Of a stretch of 64,000 bases of DNA, positions 40,899 to 51,116 are shown piece by piece. Location: positions 135,625 through 199,624 of the forward strand of contig JBEKFE010000004.1 of assembly GCA_050013475.1 (NCBI GenBank). Reading direction: 5' to 3'. The position numbers were made by a program, and so were the translations under genes. The notes beneath the pieces were generated by a model. The model had not been told where the DNA came from. It worked only from the letters and a program-made list of their open reading frames with translations, and ran no database searches. Positions within the stretch are counted from its first letter, which is position 1. Each line of letters starts with the position of its first letter. The stretch comes from Bacteroidales bacterium (lineage in GTDB: Bacteria > Bacteroidota > Bacteroidia > Bacteroidales > VadinHA17).

Positions 40899-42451
40899 GA
40901 TCTGCCGATTTTGGGAATGTAAATAGCAAATTTCGTTCCTTTTCCTAACTGGCTCTCAACTTTGATCTTACCATTGTGATCGTCGATTACCTTTTTCACG
41001 TAACTCAGTCCAAGACCAAATCCTTTGATATTATGAACATTGCCTGTTGGAACGCGATAGAACTTGTCAAATATTCTCCTGAGGTCTTCCCTCCGTATGC
41101 CTATACCTTGATCCTCAACAGTGATCAGAAGTCCCTTTTTAAAATTCCTGGTTGATATGGTAATTTCTGGCCTGCCCTTTGAGTACTTTATCGCATTGTC
41201 AATTATATTTGAGATCGCATTCAGAAAATGTACCTCATCCACAAGAGCCAGGGAATTATCAGATCTGAGATCCCTTAATATTTTTCCGTTAACCGAGCTG
41301 ACCTTCAGAGCAAATCCATCTATGGCCTTGTTAATGATAGCATGAATATCCGTTTCGACAAGCTTAAGCTTAAGTTTTGTCCTTTCAAAGATCGCAGTCT
41401 GAAGTACCTTTTCAACATGATATTTTAACCTCAGGCTCTCCTCAGAAATAACATTTGCAAGAGCGTCGCTATCTTTCTTATCGGTACTGATCGATTTATC
41501 AGCGAGCATTTGTGCAGCAAGGGAGATCGTTGATATTGGCGTCTTGAGCTCGTGGGTCATATTGTTAATGAAATCATTCCTTATCTCAGAAATTTTCTTC
41601 TGCCTGAATATAACGATAAAGGTTCCTGTTGAGAGAACCAGCAGAAATGCAGTGAAAAGCAGTGAAAGGAAGCCAAGGCTTCCGGTCTTTTCGAATTTAT
41701 ATTGCTTTTCCTGCAGAAAATAGAGCACAAGCTGATTCTGACCAGGGAAAGGGTCATTTGGGAAAAGTTGTCTCATAAACCTGTTGGTGCCGGGCATATC
41801 AAAATATCCGGGTGACTTTCGGATGATCCCGGCCCTTCCCGATCTGATCGCAAACTCGTATTTCAGCTTTATACCAACATTATTGAAAGACTCCCTCATC
41901 TGGTCGTTGAGATCCCGGATATCGATCCTTTCACTGATATCAGGAGGTTGTTTAAAGAGGCCCTCCATAATATTCTCCACCGAAATGATCCTGTTGGTGA
42001 CCCGGTTTGAAACACCTGCTTCTGAATTCGACTGTGTGAGCTCTGGCGTATCGTCGGGAGGGAAAGGCAAAATATCTTCAGCCGATATAATAATTTTCTG
42101 ACCGGGTTTTTCCACAACGATCTGCTTTTCGCGTGTCGTAAGACCGTATTTCTGCAGCAGTTCAGAATTGGGTTTATAACCCTGCAGCTTTTTCGCCAGG
42201 GATGAATTTGCGGAAATAATTGCAGTTATCGAATCATTCTTGGCAGTTCCGACCTCCTCGAGGATCTTTTTAACAAGTTCCTTCTCTTCAAGGTTAAGGA
42301 CCACTGCCTCAAGGGCTCTGTTAACCTGGTAGCGAAATTGCTGATCCGTAATATTGATAGCATTGCGTATCCAGTAGATCTGGATAAGTATCAGGCCTGA
42401 AAATGCCAACAGGAAGAAGCCAGCAAGCAGGAATATGGTTTTCTGCTTCAT
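40895..42451 (-). CDS. sensor histidine kinase
   Basis: Two TM segments, H-box [10 protein letters not shown]-boxes (DQGIGI, GFGLGLS). Overlaps the regulator gene by 4 nt. Confidence 0.9.
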   Translation of the reverse strand: MKQKTIFLLAGFFLLAFSGLILIQIYWIRNAINITDQQFRYQVNRALEAVVLNLEEKELVKKILEEVGTAKNDSITAIISANSSLAKKLQGYKPNSELLQKYGLTTREKQIVVEKPGQKIIISAEDILPFPPDDTPELTQSNSEAGVSNRVTNRIISVENIMEGLFKQPPDISERIDIRDLNDQMRESFNNVGIKLKYEFAIRSGRAGIIRKSPGYFDMPGTNRFMRQLFPNDPFPGQNQLVLYFLQEKQYKFEKTGSLGFLSLLFTAFLLVLSTGTFIVIFRQKKISEIRNDFINNMTHELKTPISTISLAAQMLADKSISTDKKDSDALANVISEESLRLKYHVEKVLQTAIFERTKLKLKLVETDIHAIINKAIDGFALKVSSVNGKILRDLRSDNSLALVDEVHFLNAISNIIDNAIKYSKGRPEITISTRNFKKGLLITVEDQGIGIRREDLRRIFDKFYRVPTGNVHNIKGFGLGLSYVKKVIDDHNGKIKVESQLGKGTKFAIYIPKIGRS

Positions 42452-42490
42452 ATCACACAAAAGTACGGGTAACTGTGTTTGTTAACACTA

Positions 42491-42509
42491 TCTTTAACTT
42501 TCTTTAACA
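42491..42509 (+). promoter_or_regulatory. TCTTTAAC-N2-TCTTTAACA phased direct repeat (motif family, copy d)
   Basis: Half-sites 10 nt apart, 40-58 nt upstream of the kinase start codon (the kinase is on the opposite strand). Confidence 0.4.
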
Positions 42510-42735
42510 CCCACTCCCATAAAATGAGGTTTATAAGCAGAATTCAGGTATCAGGACAAGATGGGGAAAATTAACAAATCATTAAATATATGTTAATTTT
42601 CAAGTTGTTAGGAAAATATATTTTTTTATTCCGGAAAAGGGGTTTATATTTGCTTTGTGTTTGGCACGATATTTGTAAAGTTTAAATAGAGGTTTTTTTC
42701 ATAGGTTAGGTTAGTTTTAGGGTTATCAAAAATCG

Positions 42736-42768
42736 GAGCCGCCGTTCTGGCGGCTCTTTCTTTATTTC
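42736..42768. terminator. terminator hairpin usable in both directions
   Basis: GAGCCGCC-GTTCT-GGCGGCTC. T-rich on the plus side (TTTCTTTATTTC) and CGATTTTTG on the minus side, downstream of the 42788 gene. Confidence 0.65.
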
Positions 42769-42787
42769 TGATGGGGAAGATGGAAAT

Positions 42788-43285
42788 TTATCTCTTTTCC
42801 AGGGAAATTACCTTTACAAGTTCAATATTCTTTTCCCTTGCGGCATAATAGAAATGTCTTCTTATAAAATGAGCCTTTTTCTTCTCTATCCAGTTAAGGT
42901 TAATTATATGCTCGCTATCGTCTTTATATTTCACCATGATCTTCTTTTCTTTATGAGGGATCATGATCTGATTAATTTCTTCCCATCTATGGGTACATTT
43001 TACCGGTTTAAACAGGCCGAACCTGTATTCTACCTTTTCATTATCCATGATGAAATAATGATCTTTCTTTTTTGATGTAGCCATGTATGCAACGAAAGCT
43101 GTAAAGATTCCTATACAGAAGGGAGCAATTGCAAAAGAGAGATGAATCGTACTATCATGAAGGACAGTATTCATATATACTATACCGCAGCCTGCGAAGA
43201 AGAAAACAGCGCTGAAGACCCAAACCAGTATCTTCCTGCTTTTTGTAAATTCACTTTCGGACAGATCAAAGAAAAGTTTTTCCAT
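42788..43285 (-). CDS. hypothetical membrane protein (2 TM plus small cytoplasmic domain)
   Basis: Two hydrophobic helices, then a beta-rich, basic C-terminal part. No motif recognised. Confidence 0.5.
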   Translation of the reverse strand: MEKLFFDLSESEFTKSRKILVWVFSAVFFFAGCGIVYMNTVLHDSTIHLSFAIAPFCIGIFTAFVAYMATSKKKDHYFIMDNEKVEYRFGLFKPVKCTHRWEEINQIMIPHKEKKIMVKYKDDSEHIINLNWIEKKKAHFIRRHFYYAAREKNIELVKVISLEKR

Positions 43286-43288
43286 GAT

Positions 43289-43729
43289 TTATGGTATTAG
43301 ATATTGCAAGTTCTTATCCTTAATTTCACCAGAGTCGATCAAGAAAACAGCTGTTATGGTATCGATTGCCCTGAGCGTTAAACTTATGCGAGATACATCA
43401 AACCCATTATCAGGTGAATAAACCTGGAATATATAATCGATTTTTTTAAGCTTGCCCAGAAGGAAATCCTTCCCGGATCTATTGGATATTAGATGGTAGG
43501 AAATATCATGTTTCACGGAATGATCGGAGAATCTGCTGAACAGGAGATAAGAATTATTCTGCCCGGCTAATTTCACAGGATCGTCATTTTTAAGTGAGAT
43601 TTTCAGTGCCCTGTTTATTGATAATGAAAGCTTGTAATCCGGTTCTGCAGAAACAATTCCAAAAAGAGAGAAATCCTTCCTGTCTTCATTCTCAAGCTGC
43701 ACCCGGGTTATTTTTTGCTGGCTCTTCAT
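43289..43729 (-). CDS. probable IPExxxVDY-family protein
   Basis: About 146 aa. Lies downstream of rnc, as in Flavobacteriia. The EPDYKLSLSINRAL and KKIDYIFQV segments resemble that family. From recall only. Confidence 0.45.
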   Translation of the reverse strand: MKSQQKITRVQLENEDRKDFSLFGIVSAEPDYKLSLSINRALKISLKNDDPVKLAGQNNSYLLFSRFSDHSVKHDISYHLISNRSGKDFLLGKLKKIDYIFQVYSPDNGFDVSRISLTLRAIDTITAVFLIDSGEIKDKNLQYLIP

Positions 43730-43780
43730 TTGTCTATGCCATAAAGCATTAAAGGTATAAAAAAATAACCCATACTGAAC

Positions 43781-44521
43781 TTATTGAGCTGAAATATCTT
43801 TGAGTCTTTCCCAGGCCTGGCATGAAGCTTCCTGTTCAGCCTCTTTTTTTGAAACGCCCTGTCCCTTGCCGTATTCGACCCTGTCTATATTTAATATCGT
43901 CGTAAATACAGATTTCTTTTTATCAAAATCGTATTCCTCATTATAAATGAAGCTGAGATTTGCCTTTTTCTTCTGCACCCATTCAAAGACGAGACTTTTG
44001 TAGTCGTTATCAGTTCTGATGATCTTATCAATGTCGAGATACTTTCCAAGGACATTCTGCATGAAAAATTTCCTGGTTTTCCTGAAACCTTTGTCAATGA
44101 ATACGGCACCTAACAGAGCCTCAAATGCATCACCGTACAAATGTTTTGTGGTATGTCCGGAACTGATATTGCTGACAAGTATTTTATCGATGCCCATCGA
44201 CAGGGCTATCTGGTTAAGGAAATCCCTGTTGACTATCCTCGACCTTATTTTTGTCATGAAGCCTTCATTTGCAGAGGGGAATTCTTCAAACAGGAATTCG
44301 GAAAGGATCACGTCAAGAACTGAATCGCCGAGAAATTCAAGACGCTCGTTGTTAACTTTCTTTCCATCAGGGAGCGTCAGGCTTGCTGAGCGATGAATAA
44401 ATGCAATTTCATAAATACGCAGATCTCCCGGCCTGAAGCCGAGAATATTCTTTAAACTGGAGCGGAACTCCCGTTTAGCCAGTAAATAAGTACCGTTTTT
44501 CCTTAGATAAAAAAGAGACAC
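43781..44521 (-). CDS. rnc: ribonuclease III
   Basis: Signature ERLEFLGDSVL and a C-terminal dsRBD (GKGQGVSKKEAEQEA). Confidence 0.9.
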   Translation of the reverse strand: MSLFYLRKNGTYLLAKREFRSSLKNILGFRPGDLRIYEIAFIHRSASLTLPDGKKVNNERLEFLGDSVLDVILSEFLFEEFPSANEGFMTKIRSRIVNRDFLNQIALSMGIDKILVSNISSGHTTKHLYGDAFEALLGAVFIDKGFRKTRKFFMQNVLGKYLDIDKIIRTDNDYKSLVFEWVQKKKANLSFIYNEEYDFDKKKSVFTTILNIDRVEYGKGQGVSKKEAEQEASCQAWERLKDISAQ

Positions 44522-45768
44522 TAGATCTCTGTTTTTTTAATTACTACAGAGGCATTATGACCGCCGAAGCCGAATGTATTGCTGATTGCGGCGTTGACAG
44601 TCCTTTTCTGTGCTTTATTGATTGTGAGATTGAGATTCTGATCTATTGATGGGTCAGGATTCCTGAAGTTTATTGTCGGAGGAACGATATTATCACGGAC
44701 CGACAATATGGTAGCTATTGCTTCAACAGCTCCTGCTGCTCCCAGCAGATGACCTGTCATCGATTTGGTTGCACTGATATTCAATTGATAGGCGTGTTCG
44801 CCAAATACTGAAATGATTGCTTTTGTTTCTGAAATATCTCCCAGGGGGGTTGATGTACCGTGTACATTAATATAATCAATGTCTTGTAGTCTGAGACCTG
44901 CATCGCTTACTGCCAGCTTCATTACATTACTTGCTCCGAGCCCGTCCGGATGAGGTGCGGTAAGATGGAATGCATCGGCTGTCATGCCTGTACCTACAAG
45001 TTCAGCATATATCCTGGCCCCTCTTGCTTTTGCATATTCGAACTCCTCTACTATCAGGGCACCGGCACCCTCACCCATTACGAAACCATCCCGTGTTATG
45101 TCAAATGGTCTGGATGCTGTCTTGTACTCGCTGTTGTTTGTCGAAAGAGCCTGCATCGAATTGAAGCCTCCGATGCCGGGTTCATTTATTGCAGCTTCTG
45201 ATCCGCCAGTGATGAAGACATCGGCTTTACCCAGCTTGATATAATTTATTGCATCGATTATAGCATTGGTCGATGAGGCACATGCGGATACGGTGGCAAA
45301 ATTTGGTCCCCTGAACCCATATTTGATCGAGATCTGCCCGGCAGCTATATCGCTTATCATTTTGGGAATAAAGAATGGGCTGTACCTTGGGGTTCCGTCT
45401 CCCTGAACATACTGCTTGATTTGTTCATAGAAAGTACCAAGGCCCCCGATCCCTGAAGCCCAGATGACACCCACTCTGTCCTTATCCACTGTTTCAAGAT
45501 CAAGAGCTGAATCAGTAACAGCTTCCTGAGCGGCAATAAGGGCAAACTGAGCATAATGGTCAAGCTTGTTGGCTTCTTTTTTGTCAAAATAGTTCTGAGA
45601 ATCGTAGTTTTTAACTTCACATGCAAATTTTGTCTTGAATTTTTCGGTGTCAAAATGAGTGATCAGATCAGCCCCGCTAACGCCTTCAATCAGATTTTTC
45701 CAAAATTCATGCAAATTATTACCGATTGGAGTAAACGCTCCGATCCCCGTAACTACAACTCTTCTCAT
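44521..45768 (-). CDS. fabF: beta-ketoacyl-ACP synthase II
   Basis: Active-site ACASS, HGTSTP and GHLLGAAG motifs. Confidence 0.95.
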   Translation of the reverse strand: MRRVVVTGIGAFTPIGNNLHEFWKNLIEGVSGADLITHFDTEKFKTKFACEVKNYDSQNYFDKKEANKLDHYAQFALIAAQEAVTDSALDLETVDKDRVGVIWASGIGGLGTFYEQIKQYVQGDGTPRYSPFFIPKMISDIAAGQISIKYGFRGPNFATVSACASSTNAIIDAINYIKLGKADVFITGGSEAAINEPGIGGFNSMQALSTNNSEYKTASRPFDITRDGFVMGEGAGALIVEEFEYAKARGARIYAELVGTGMTADAFHLTAPHPDGLGASNVMKLAVSDAGLRLQDIDYINVHGTSTPLGDISETKAIISVFGEHAYQLNISATKSMTGHLLGAAGAVEAIATILSVRDNIVPPTINFRNPDPSIDQNLNLTINKAQKRTVNAAISNTFGFGGHNASVVIKKTEI

Positions 45769-45792
45769 AAATGGATTATTGATAATGCAATG

Positions 45793-46029
45793 TTATTTTG
45801 CATTCTCTTCAATGTACTTGATAGCTTCACCGACAGTGCTTATACTTTCGGCCTGGTCGTCAGGAATACCGATGTTGAATTCTTTTTCGAATTCCATGAT
45901 CAGCTCAACTGTATCAAGAGAGTCGGCTCCCAGGTCATTGGTGAAACTGGCTTCAGGAGTTACTTCTGCTTCGTCAACTCCGAGTTTATCAACGATGATC
46001 TCTTTTACTCTTGTGGCAATGTCTGACAT
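45793..46029 (-). CDS. acpP: acyl carrier protein
   Basis: Phosphopantetheine site DLGADSLD, 78 aa. Confidence 0.95.
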   Translation of the reverse strand: MSDIATRVKEIIVDKLGVDEAEVTPEASFTNDLGADSLDTVELIMEFEKEFNIGIPDDQAESISTVGEAIKYIEENAK

Positions 46030-46212
46030 AACGATAATTTTTAATTAATAATAATTTTTAAACAGTGCAAAGAAATATATTTGTACAGTATTTTTCAAGA
46101 ATTTTGGTGAATATTTATTTGCCCATAGGGTTAATTGGTTGAAAACTAAAATAATAACGTCTGAATAAGGAAATCGGTCAGGCAAAATGTCATAATAGTT
46201 AATTGACAGATA

Positions 46213-46788
46213 ATGAAGAATATAGCTATTTTAGCTTCCGGATCAGGAACAAATGCTGAAAATATCATCAGATACTTTTCGAACAGGAATTCGGCAAAAG
46301 TCGCTTTAGTTTTATCCAACAAACGTGATGCATTTGTTTTAGAACGCGCTGCAAAGTTTAATATTCCGTCAGTTTTTTTCGACCGAAACCAGTTTTATTC
46401 TTCCCGGATGGTATCAGTCCAGTTTAAAAAATACAACATCGATTTTATAGTTCTCGCAGGATTTCTCTGGCTTGTTCCTTCCGATATTCTGGCTGCCTGG
46501 CCAAAGAGGATAATAAATATTCATCCCGCGCTTCTCCCATCCTATGGTGGCAGTGGAATGTTCGGAGAAAAAGTTCACCAGGCTGTAATAGCAAATGGCG
46601 AAAAGGAATCCGGAATTACGATCCACTATGTGAATGACCGCTATGATGAGGGGGATATAATCTTCCAGGCAAAATGCAGGGTGCTGGCAGATGATTCTCC
46701 CGATTCTCTGGCGCACAGGATCCATGAACTTGAATACATGCATTTTCCACGGATCATCGAAAAGCTTATCCTTGAGCTTCCGGACTAA
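46213..46788 (+). CDS. purN: phosphoribosylglycinamide formyltransferase
   Basis: SGSGTNAE N-terminus and NIHPALLP motif. Confidence 0.9.
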   Translation: MKNIAILASGSGTNAENIIRYFSNRNSAKVALVLSNKRDAFVLERAAKFNIPSVFFDRNQFYSSRMVSVQFKKYNIDFIVLAGFLWLVPSDILAAWPKRIINIHPALLPSYGGSGMFGEKVHQAVIANGEKESGITIHYVNDRYDEGDIIFQAKCRVLADDSPDSLAHRIHELEYMHFPRIIEKLILELPD

Positions 46789-48050
46789 ATTAAGGAATCC
46801 AGCAGGCCTGCAATAACACTTTTTATTTTCTCAAACCTGGCCCTGTTCTCATCGAGTACCGGCTCCACAGGCGGCGCTTCAACTTTCAGGGGGTCCACTG
46901 CATACCCGTTCTTGTAAAATCTGAAATCGAGATGCGGACCCGTCGCCATTCCGCTACTTCCGACATATCCGATAACCTCTCCCTGTCTGACCCTGACACC
47001 CGCGGCAATACCATTCGCAAAACCGCTGAGATGCATGTAGGCAGTTGTATAAACGCTATTATGCCTTATCCTTATGATCCTTCCAGGCTCCTCTTCAATA
47101 TTTACCGAGATCACCGTCCCGTCTCCGATGGAATAAACAGGGGTCCCGGCTGGCGCAGCATAATCCACCCCATAATGAGGTCTCACTATCCTGAGTATAG
47201 GATGCATCCTTGCAGACGAGAAACCTGAAGATATCCTGGAAAAGTGAAGCGGGGCTTTAAGGAATTCTTTTCTTAAGCTGTTACCCGTGGCATCATAATA
47301 GCTTTCCTTATCATTTTGGATCATGGGAATTGCATACACCTGCCTATCAGAAGATGTATAGAGAGCGCAGATGATCCTCCCGGTTCCTATGGCTTTTTCC
47401 CCGATATAATTTTCTTCATATATGAATTTGAACCTGTCTCCCTTTTGCAGACCAAAAAAATCAACGGTCCATGCATAGATATCCGACAGGTCGACAGCAA
47501 GCTCGGGATTAAGTCCTTTGCCGATCATTGCATCCCAGAGCGAAGTTTCGATGGTAAGCGAAGAGAATTTTATATCTGTTCGTGTACTGATCCTGAAAGG
47601 AGCAACATGCAGAGAATCATTGAAGCTGAAGATATAATACAGTGTGGGATCACTCTCATATATGAAATATTCCATCCTGGCCGTGCTGGCCTTTTTGGTA
47701 AGGACGGTGAAGTTATTACCTGTCTTCAGCTCCCTGACGTTGAAAATGCCTTTTGAATTCCTTATGATCTGCTCTGTCTGTCTTGTGTTCGCTCCATAGC
47801 TTACAAGGATCTCAGAGAGGAAACTGTTTGCCCTGATCTTCCCCCTGAGGATGTTGAAAGAATCAACAGGTATTCCAAAAAGCATTGAGGAGGGCGATTT
47901 CCCTGATGCAGAGATCAATCCTGAAAGCTGCATCTTATTTTGCCTTGAAACGCATGAGACTGAAAGGAGCAGTATGACCAAAAAGATTTCGATAATCCTT
48001 TTACATGGTCCCCCTTTTAAGGATGAATTCATTGAACAGATCTTCAGCAC
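46785..48050 (-). CDS. M23-family metallopeptidase
   Basis: HYGVDYAAPAGTPV and GPHLDFRF motifs. The N-terminal start is uncertain (48050 or 48032). Confidence 0.85.
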   Translation of the reverse strand: MLKICSMNSSLKGGPCKRIIEIFLVILLLSVSCVSRQNKMQLSGLISASGKSPSSMLFGIPVDSFNILRGKIRANSFLSEILVSYGANTRQTEQIIRNSKGIFNVRELKTGNNFTVLTKKASTARMEYFIYESDPTLYYIFSFNDSLHVAPFRISTRTDIKFSSLTIETSLWDAMIGKGLNPELAVDLSDIYAWTVDFFGLQKGDRFKFIYEENYIGEKAIGTGRIICALYTSSDRQVYAIPMIQNDKESYYDATGNSLRKEFLKAPLHFSRISSGFSSARMHPILRIVRPHYGVDYAAPAGTPVYSIGDGTVISVNIEEEPGRIIRIRHNSVYTTAYMHLSGFANGIAAGVRVRQGEVIGYVGSSGMATGPHLDFRFYKNGYAVDPLKVEAPPVEPVLDENRARFEKIKSVIAGLLDSLI

Positions 48051-48059
48051 TGGAAAGAT

Positions 48060-50720
48060 TTATTTCAGAACGATGTTAATTATCTTTCCCGGCACAAAAA
48101 TGATATTTACCGGCGTTTTTCCTTCAAGCCACTTCCGGGCCCTTTCGTCAGCCAGGACGATTCTTATGATCTCCTCCCTTCCCAGGGTCAGGGGCAGTTC
48201 GACCTTGAATCTAAGCTTGCCATTAAATGAAACAGGATATTCATATACGTCTTCCTTCAGGTATTCTTCATTCACAACCGGCCAGGGTTCATAGGCTATT
48301 GTATTAGTTTTTCCGAGCATGCCCCAGATCTCTTCCGACATGTGAGGTGCAAAGGGAGAGAGTATCCTTATGAAAGCGAGTGCCGTATCCCTTGTGACCT
48401 TTCCTTTCTTTGTTGCCAGGTTAAGAAATATCATCATGGCTGAAATAGCTGTATTGAACCTGAGGTTCTCGATATCGCCCTCAACTTTTTTTATTGTCTG
48501 GTGAAGTCCTTTCAGGATCTCTTTATCTTCTTCGCCATCAGTTATATTTGCTTTCTCAGAGAAGAATCTGAAAGTTCGTGAGAGAAACCCGAAAACCCCT
48601 TTGACACCTTTATCATCCCAGGGTTTGGTAACATCCAGGGGTCCCATGAACATCTCATAAAGTCTCAGTGAGTCAGCGCCGTACCTTGCAGTTACATCGT
48701 CGGGATTAACAACATTTTTCAGGGTCTTCGACATCTTTGCAACTATCTGCCTCAGCTCTTCCCCTGTCTCTCTGTTAAAGTATTTTCCATCTTTCTCCTC
48801 TACAAGGTCGGTTGAAACCTTGGCTCCTTTTTCAGTTTCAAAGGCAAATGCAAGGATCATACCCTGGTTGAAAAGTCTCTGATAGGGTTCGTCGGTGGTC
48901 ACTATCCCAAGGTCAAAAAGTATCTTATGCCAGAAACGGCTGTAAAGAAGATGCAGAACGGCATGTTCTGCTCCACCGATATAGAGATCAACTGGCATCC
49001 AGTACTTGACTTTTTCCAGATCAAAGATCTGTCTGTCATTGTGAGGATCGATATACCTGAGGTAATACCAGCACGATCCTGCCCACTGCGGCATAGTATT
49101 GGTCTCCCGTCTTCCTCTGCGGCCATCCTTCCCGGTCACTGTAAGCCATTCCAATGCATTTGCCAGGGGCGATTCGCCTGTCTCGCCCGGAAGATATTTC
49201 TCCATTTCCGGAAGCTCAACGGGAAGATCACTTTCGTCGGCAAGGGTAATTTCCCCGTCTTCCCAGTGGATCACTGGGAATGGTTCTCCCCAGTATCGCT
49301 GCCTGCTGAAAAGCCAGTCGCGCAGTTTGTAGTTTACTTTTGCCTTTCCGATGTTTTTTAATTCGAGCCATTGGATCATCCTGGCGATCCCTGCCTCTTT
49401 ATTGAGTCCGTTAATATCGATTCCGGTTACCTTGTCGGAGGAGCTGATATATGATCCGTCCTCAGTCCAGCACTCTTTACCGGCTAATATTCTTTTTTTC
49501 TGTTCAGGATCAGTAACAGCAGGATCCTGGATACAGACAATCGGGAGGTCAAATTTTTCAGCGAATTCAAAATCTCTGATGTCATGTGCCGGGACAGCCA
49601 TAATGGCGCCGGTACCATAACCCGTAAGTACATAATCGGCCACCCAAACAGGTATCTTTTTAAGGTTTACCGGGTTTATTGCATACCGGCCGGTGAATAC
49701 GCCTGTTTTTTCCCTTGAAAGATCCGTCCTGTCAAGATCTGATTTCAAAGAAGAGGCTTTACTGTATGCTGTAACCTGTATTCTGTTGTTTTCTGTGGTC
49801 ATTTTCTCCACCAGGCTATGCTCCGGGGCAAGAACCATATAGGTTGCCCCGAACAGAGTATCTGGCCGTGTCGTAAATACTTTTATTTTCTCTTCAAGCT
49901 CATCAATGCTGAAATCAACTTCGGCGCCCGTGGATCTGCCGATCCAGTTACGCTGCATATCTTTTATTCCTTCAGGCCAGTTGAGGCTGTCAATACCTGA
50001 AAGAAGTCTTTCGGCATAAAGAGGTATTCTCAGCATCCACTGCTTAAGGTTTCTTTTCTCAACAATATGTCCGCATTTTTCGTGCGAGCCATCTGAGAGA
50101 ACCTCTTCGTTGGCACAGACTATATTGCAGTTCGGGCACCACCAAACCTGTGCATTGTCGTAATATGCAAGGCGTTTGGAATCCGTGTACTTTCTGACCT
50201 GATCTTTACCACCTTTCCTGATCTCGTCGGGGATCGGGAGTTCCGATATCGGCCGGCCCCTGCCGGCTGATTCATCAAACCAGGTATTATATATCCTGAT
50301 AAATATCCACTGTGTCCATCTGAAGTATTCAGGGTCGGTGGTATTTATCTCCCTTTCCCAGTCGTAGCTTAGACCGAGCTCTTTGATCTGTCGCCTGAAG
50401 GTATCACAGTTATTCCTGGTAGTTATTGCAGGTTGAGTGCCGGTCTGGATCGCATACTGTTCAGCCGGGAGTCCGAAAGCATCCCAGCCCATTGGGTGAA
50501 GGACATTAAATCCTTTCATCCTTTTATACCTTGCATATATATCTGTAGCGGTATAGCCTTCGGGATGTCCCACATGAAGACCTGCTCCAGATGGATAGGG
50601 AAACATATCGAGTATATAGCATTTATTCGGATTTGTAAGATCATCTGGTGTTTTAAATGTCTTGTTCTCTTCCCAGAATTTCTGCCATTTTTTCTCTATC
50701 TCTTTGAAATTGTAATCCAT
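48060..50720 (-). CDS. leuS: leucine--tRNA ligase
   Basis: HIGH-type motif ([10 protein letters not shown]), KMSKS-type motif (KMSKTLKN), CP1 editing domain. Confidence 0.95.
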   Translation of the reverse strand: MDYNFKEIEKKWQKFWEENKTFKTPDDLTNPNKCYILDMFPYPSGAGLHVGHPEGYTATDIYARYKRMKGFNVLHPMGWDAFGLPAEQYAIQTGTQPAITTRNNCDTFRRQIKELGLSYDWEREINTTDPEYFRWTQWIFIRIYNTWFDESAGRGRPISELPIPDEIRKGGKDQVRKYTDSKRLAYYDNAQVWWCPNCNIVCANEEVLSDGSHEKCGHIVEKRNLKQWMLRIPLYAERLLSGIDSLNWPEGIKDMQRNWIGRSTGAEVDFSIDELEEKIKVFTTRPDTLFGATYMVLAPEHSLVEKMTTENNRIQVTAYSKASSLKSDLDRTDLSREKTGVFTGRYAINPVNLKKIPVWVADYVLTGYGTGAIMAVPAHDIRDFEFAEKFDLPIVCIQDPAVTDPEQKKRILAGKECWTEDGSYISSSDKVTGIDINGLNKEAGIARMIQWLELKNIGKAKVNYKLRDWLFSRQRYWGEPFPVIHWEDGEITLADESDLPVELPEMEKYLPGETGESPLANALEWLTVTGKDGRRGRRETNTMPQWAGSCWYYLRYIDPHNDRQIFDLEKVKYWMPVDLYIGGAEHAVLHLLYSRFWHKILFDLGIVTTDEPYQRLFNQGMILAFAFETEKGAKVSTDLVEEKDGKYFNRETGEELRQIVAKMSKTLKNVVNPDDVTARYGADSLRLYEMFMGPLDVTKPWDDKGVKGVFGFLSRTFRFFSEKANITDGEEDKEILKGLHQTIKKVEGDIENLRFNTAISAMMIFLNLATKKGKVTRDTALAFIRILSPFAPHMSEEIWGMLGKTNTIAYEPWPVVNEEYLKEDVYEYPVSFNGKLRFKVELPLTLGREEIIRIVLADERARKWLEGKTPVNIIFVPGKIINIVLK

Positions 50721-50750
50721 ATATAATTTGTTTCTTTTGATTAGAACTGA

Positions 50751-50789
50751 CCGGAGGCCGGCAGCCGGCTACCGGTCACCGGTATCCGG
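50751..50789. repeat. heptad-phased CCGGNNN tandem repeat (6 CCGG sites)
   Basis: ccggagg ccggcag ccggcta ccggtca ccggtat ccgg, 31-69 nt upstream of the leuS ATG. Confidence 0.8.
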
Positions 50790-50900
50790 ACGAGTCTGCG
50801 AAAATAGAAAAACTTTATGAAATATGGTAAAAATCAGACTGGCGGAGGAGCTGAGTGTCCGAAAAATGACCAATAAGTTGCAAATGCAGCTTAATGGTTA

Positions 50901-50908
50901 TAATTTTG
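50901..50908 (+). promoter_or_regulatory. putative -7 box (TAATTTTG)
   Basis: TAnnTTTG match 14 nt upstream of the mature tRNA-Arg 5' end. Confidence 0.45.
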
Positions 50909-50922
50909 CTTCGTAAACAGAT

Positions 50923-50995
50923 GGTCCCGTAGTTCAATGGATAGAATAGCAGATTCCGGTTCTGTCGGTTGAGCGTTCGAGTCGCTCCGGGATCA
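50923..50995 (+). tRNA. tRNA-Arg (anticodon CCG)
   Basis: Hand-folded cloverleaf. Acceptor GGTCCCG/CGGGATC, D arm GTTC/GAAT, anticodon stem GCAGA/TCTGT with loop TTCCGGT, T arm GAGCG-TTCGAGT-CGCTC. 73 nt. Confidence 0.9.
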
Positions 50996-50997
50996 CG

Positions 50998-51022
50998 AAA
51001 AAGGCGCTTAATGGCGCCTTTT
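50998..51022 (+). terminator. terminator hairpin after tRNA-Arg
   Basis: AAAAGGCGC-TTAATG-GCGCCTTTT. Confidence 0.65.
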
Positions 51023-51091
51023 AAAGTTTAAAGGAGAAAGGCAAAAGTTTGATAAAAGAGAGGAGCGACGAGAACGCGAAGGGAGGGGAAA

Positions 51092-51112
51092 GCGTTCGAA
51101 CCGAACGAACGC
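51092..51112 (-). terminator. hairpin downstream of the 51117 gene
   Basis: On the minus strand, GCGTTCG-TTCGGTT-CGAACGC followed by TTTCCCCTCCCTT. Confidence 0.4.
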
Positions 51113-51116
51113 AGCT

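Noticed and set aside
46785-46788. Convergent genes with overlapping or adjacent stops and no terminator (purN/M23 here, aspS/plug-only gene at 61273-61279)
   Set aside because: This is unusual-looking but common in compact genomes. Nothing in the sequence beyond the tight spacing suggests a specific mechanism.
50751-50789. CRISPR-like array
   Set aside because: The units are 7 nt with no spacers and no cas genes. It is a microsatellite-type repeat, not a CRISPR.
50721-50922. T-box leader upstream of leuS (the same was considered for aspS at 59328-59514)
   Set aside because: There is no T-box sequence, specifier-loop architecture or terminator/antiterminator pair. T-boxes are not expected in Bacteroidota.
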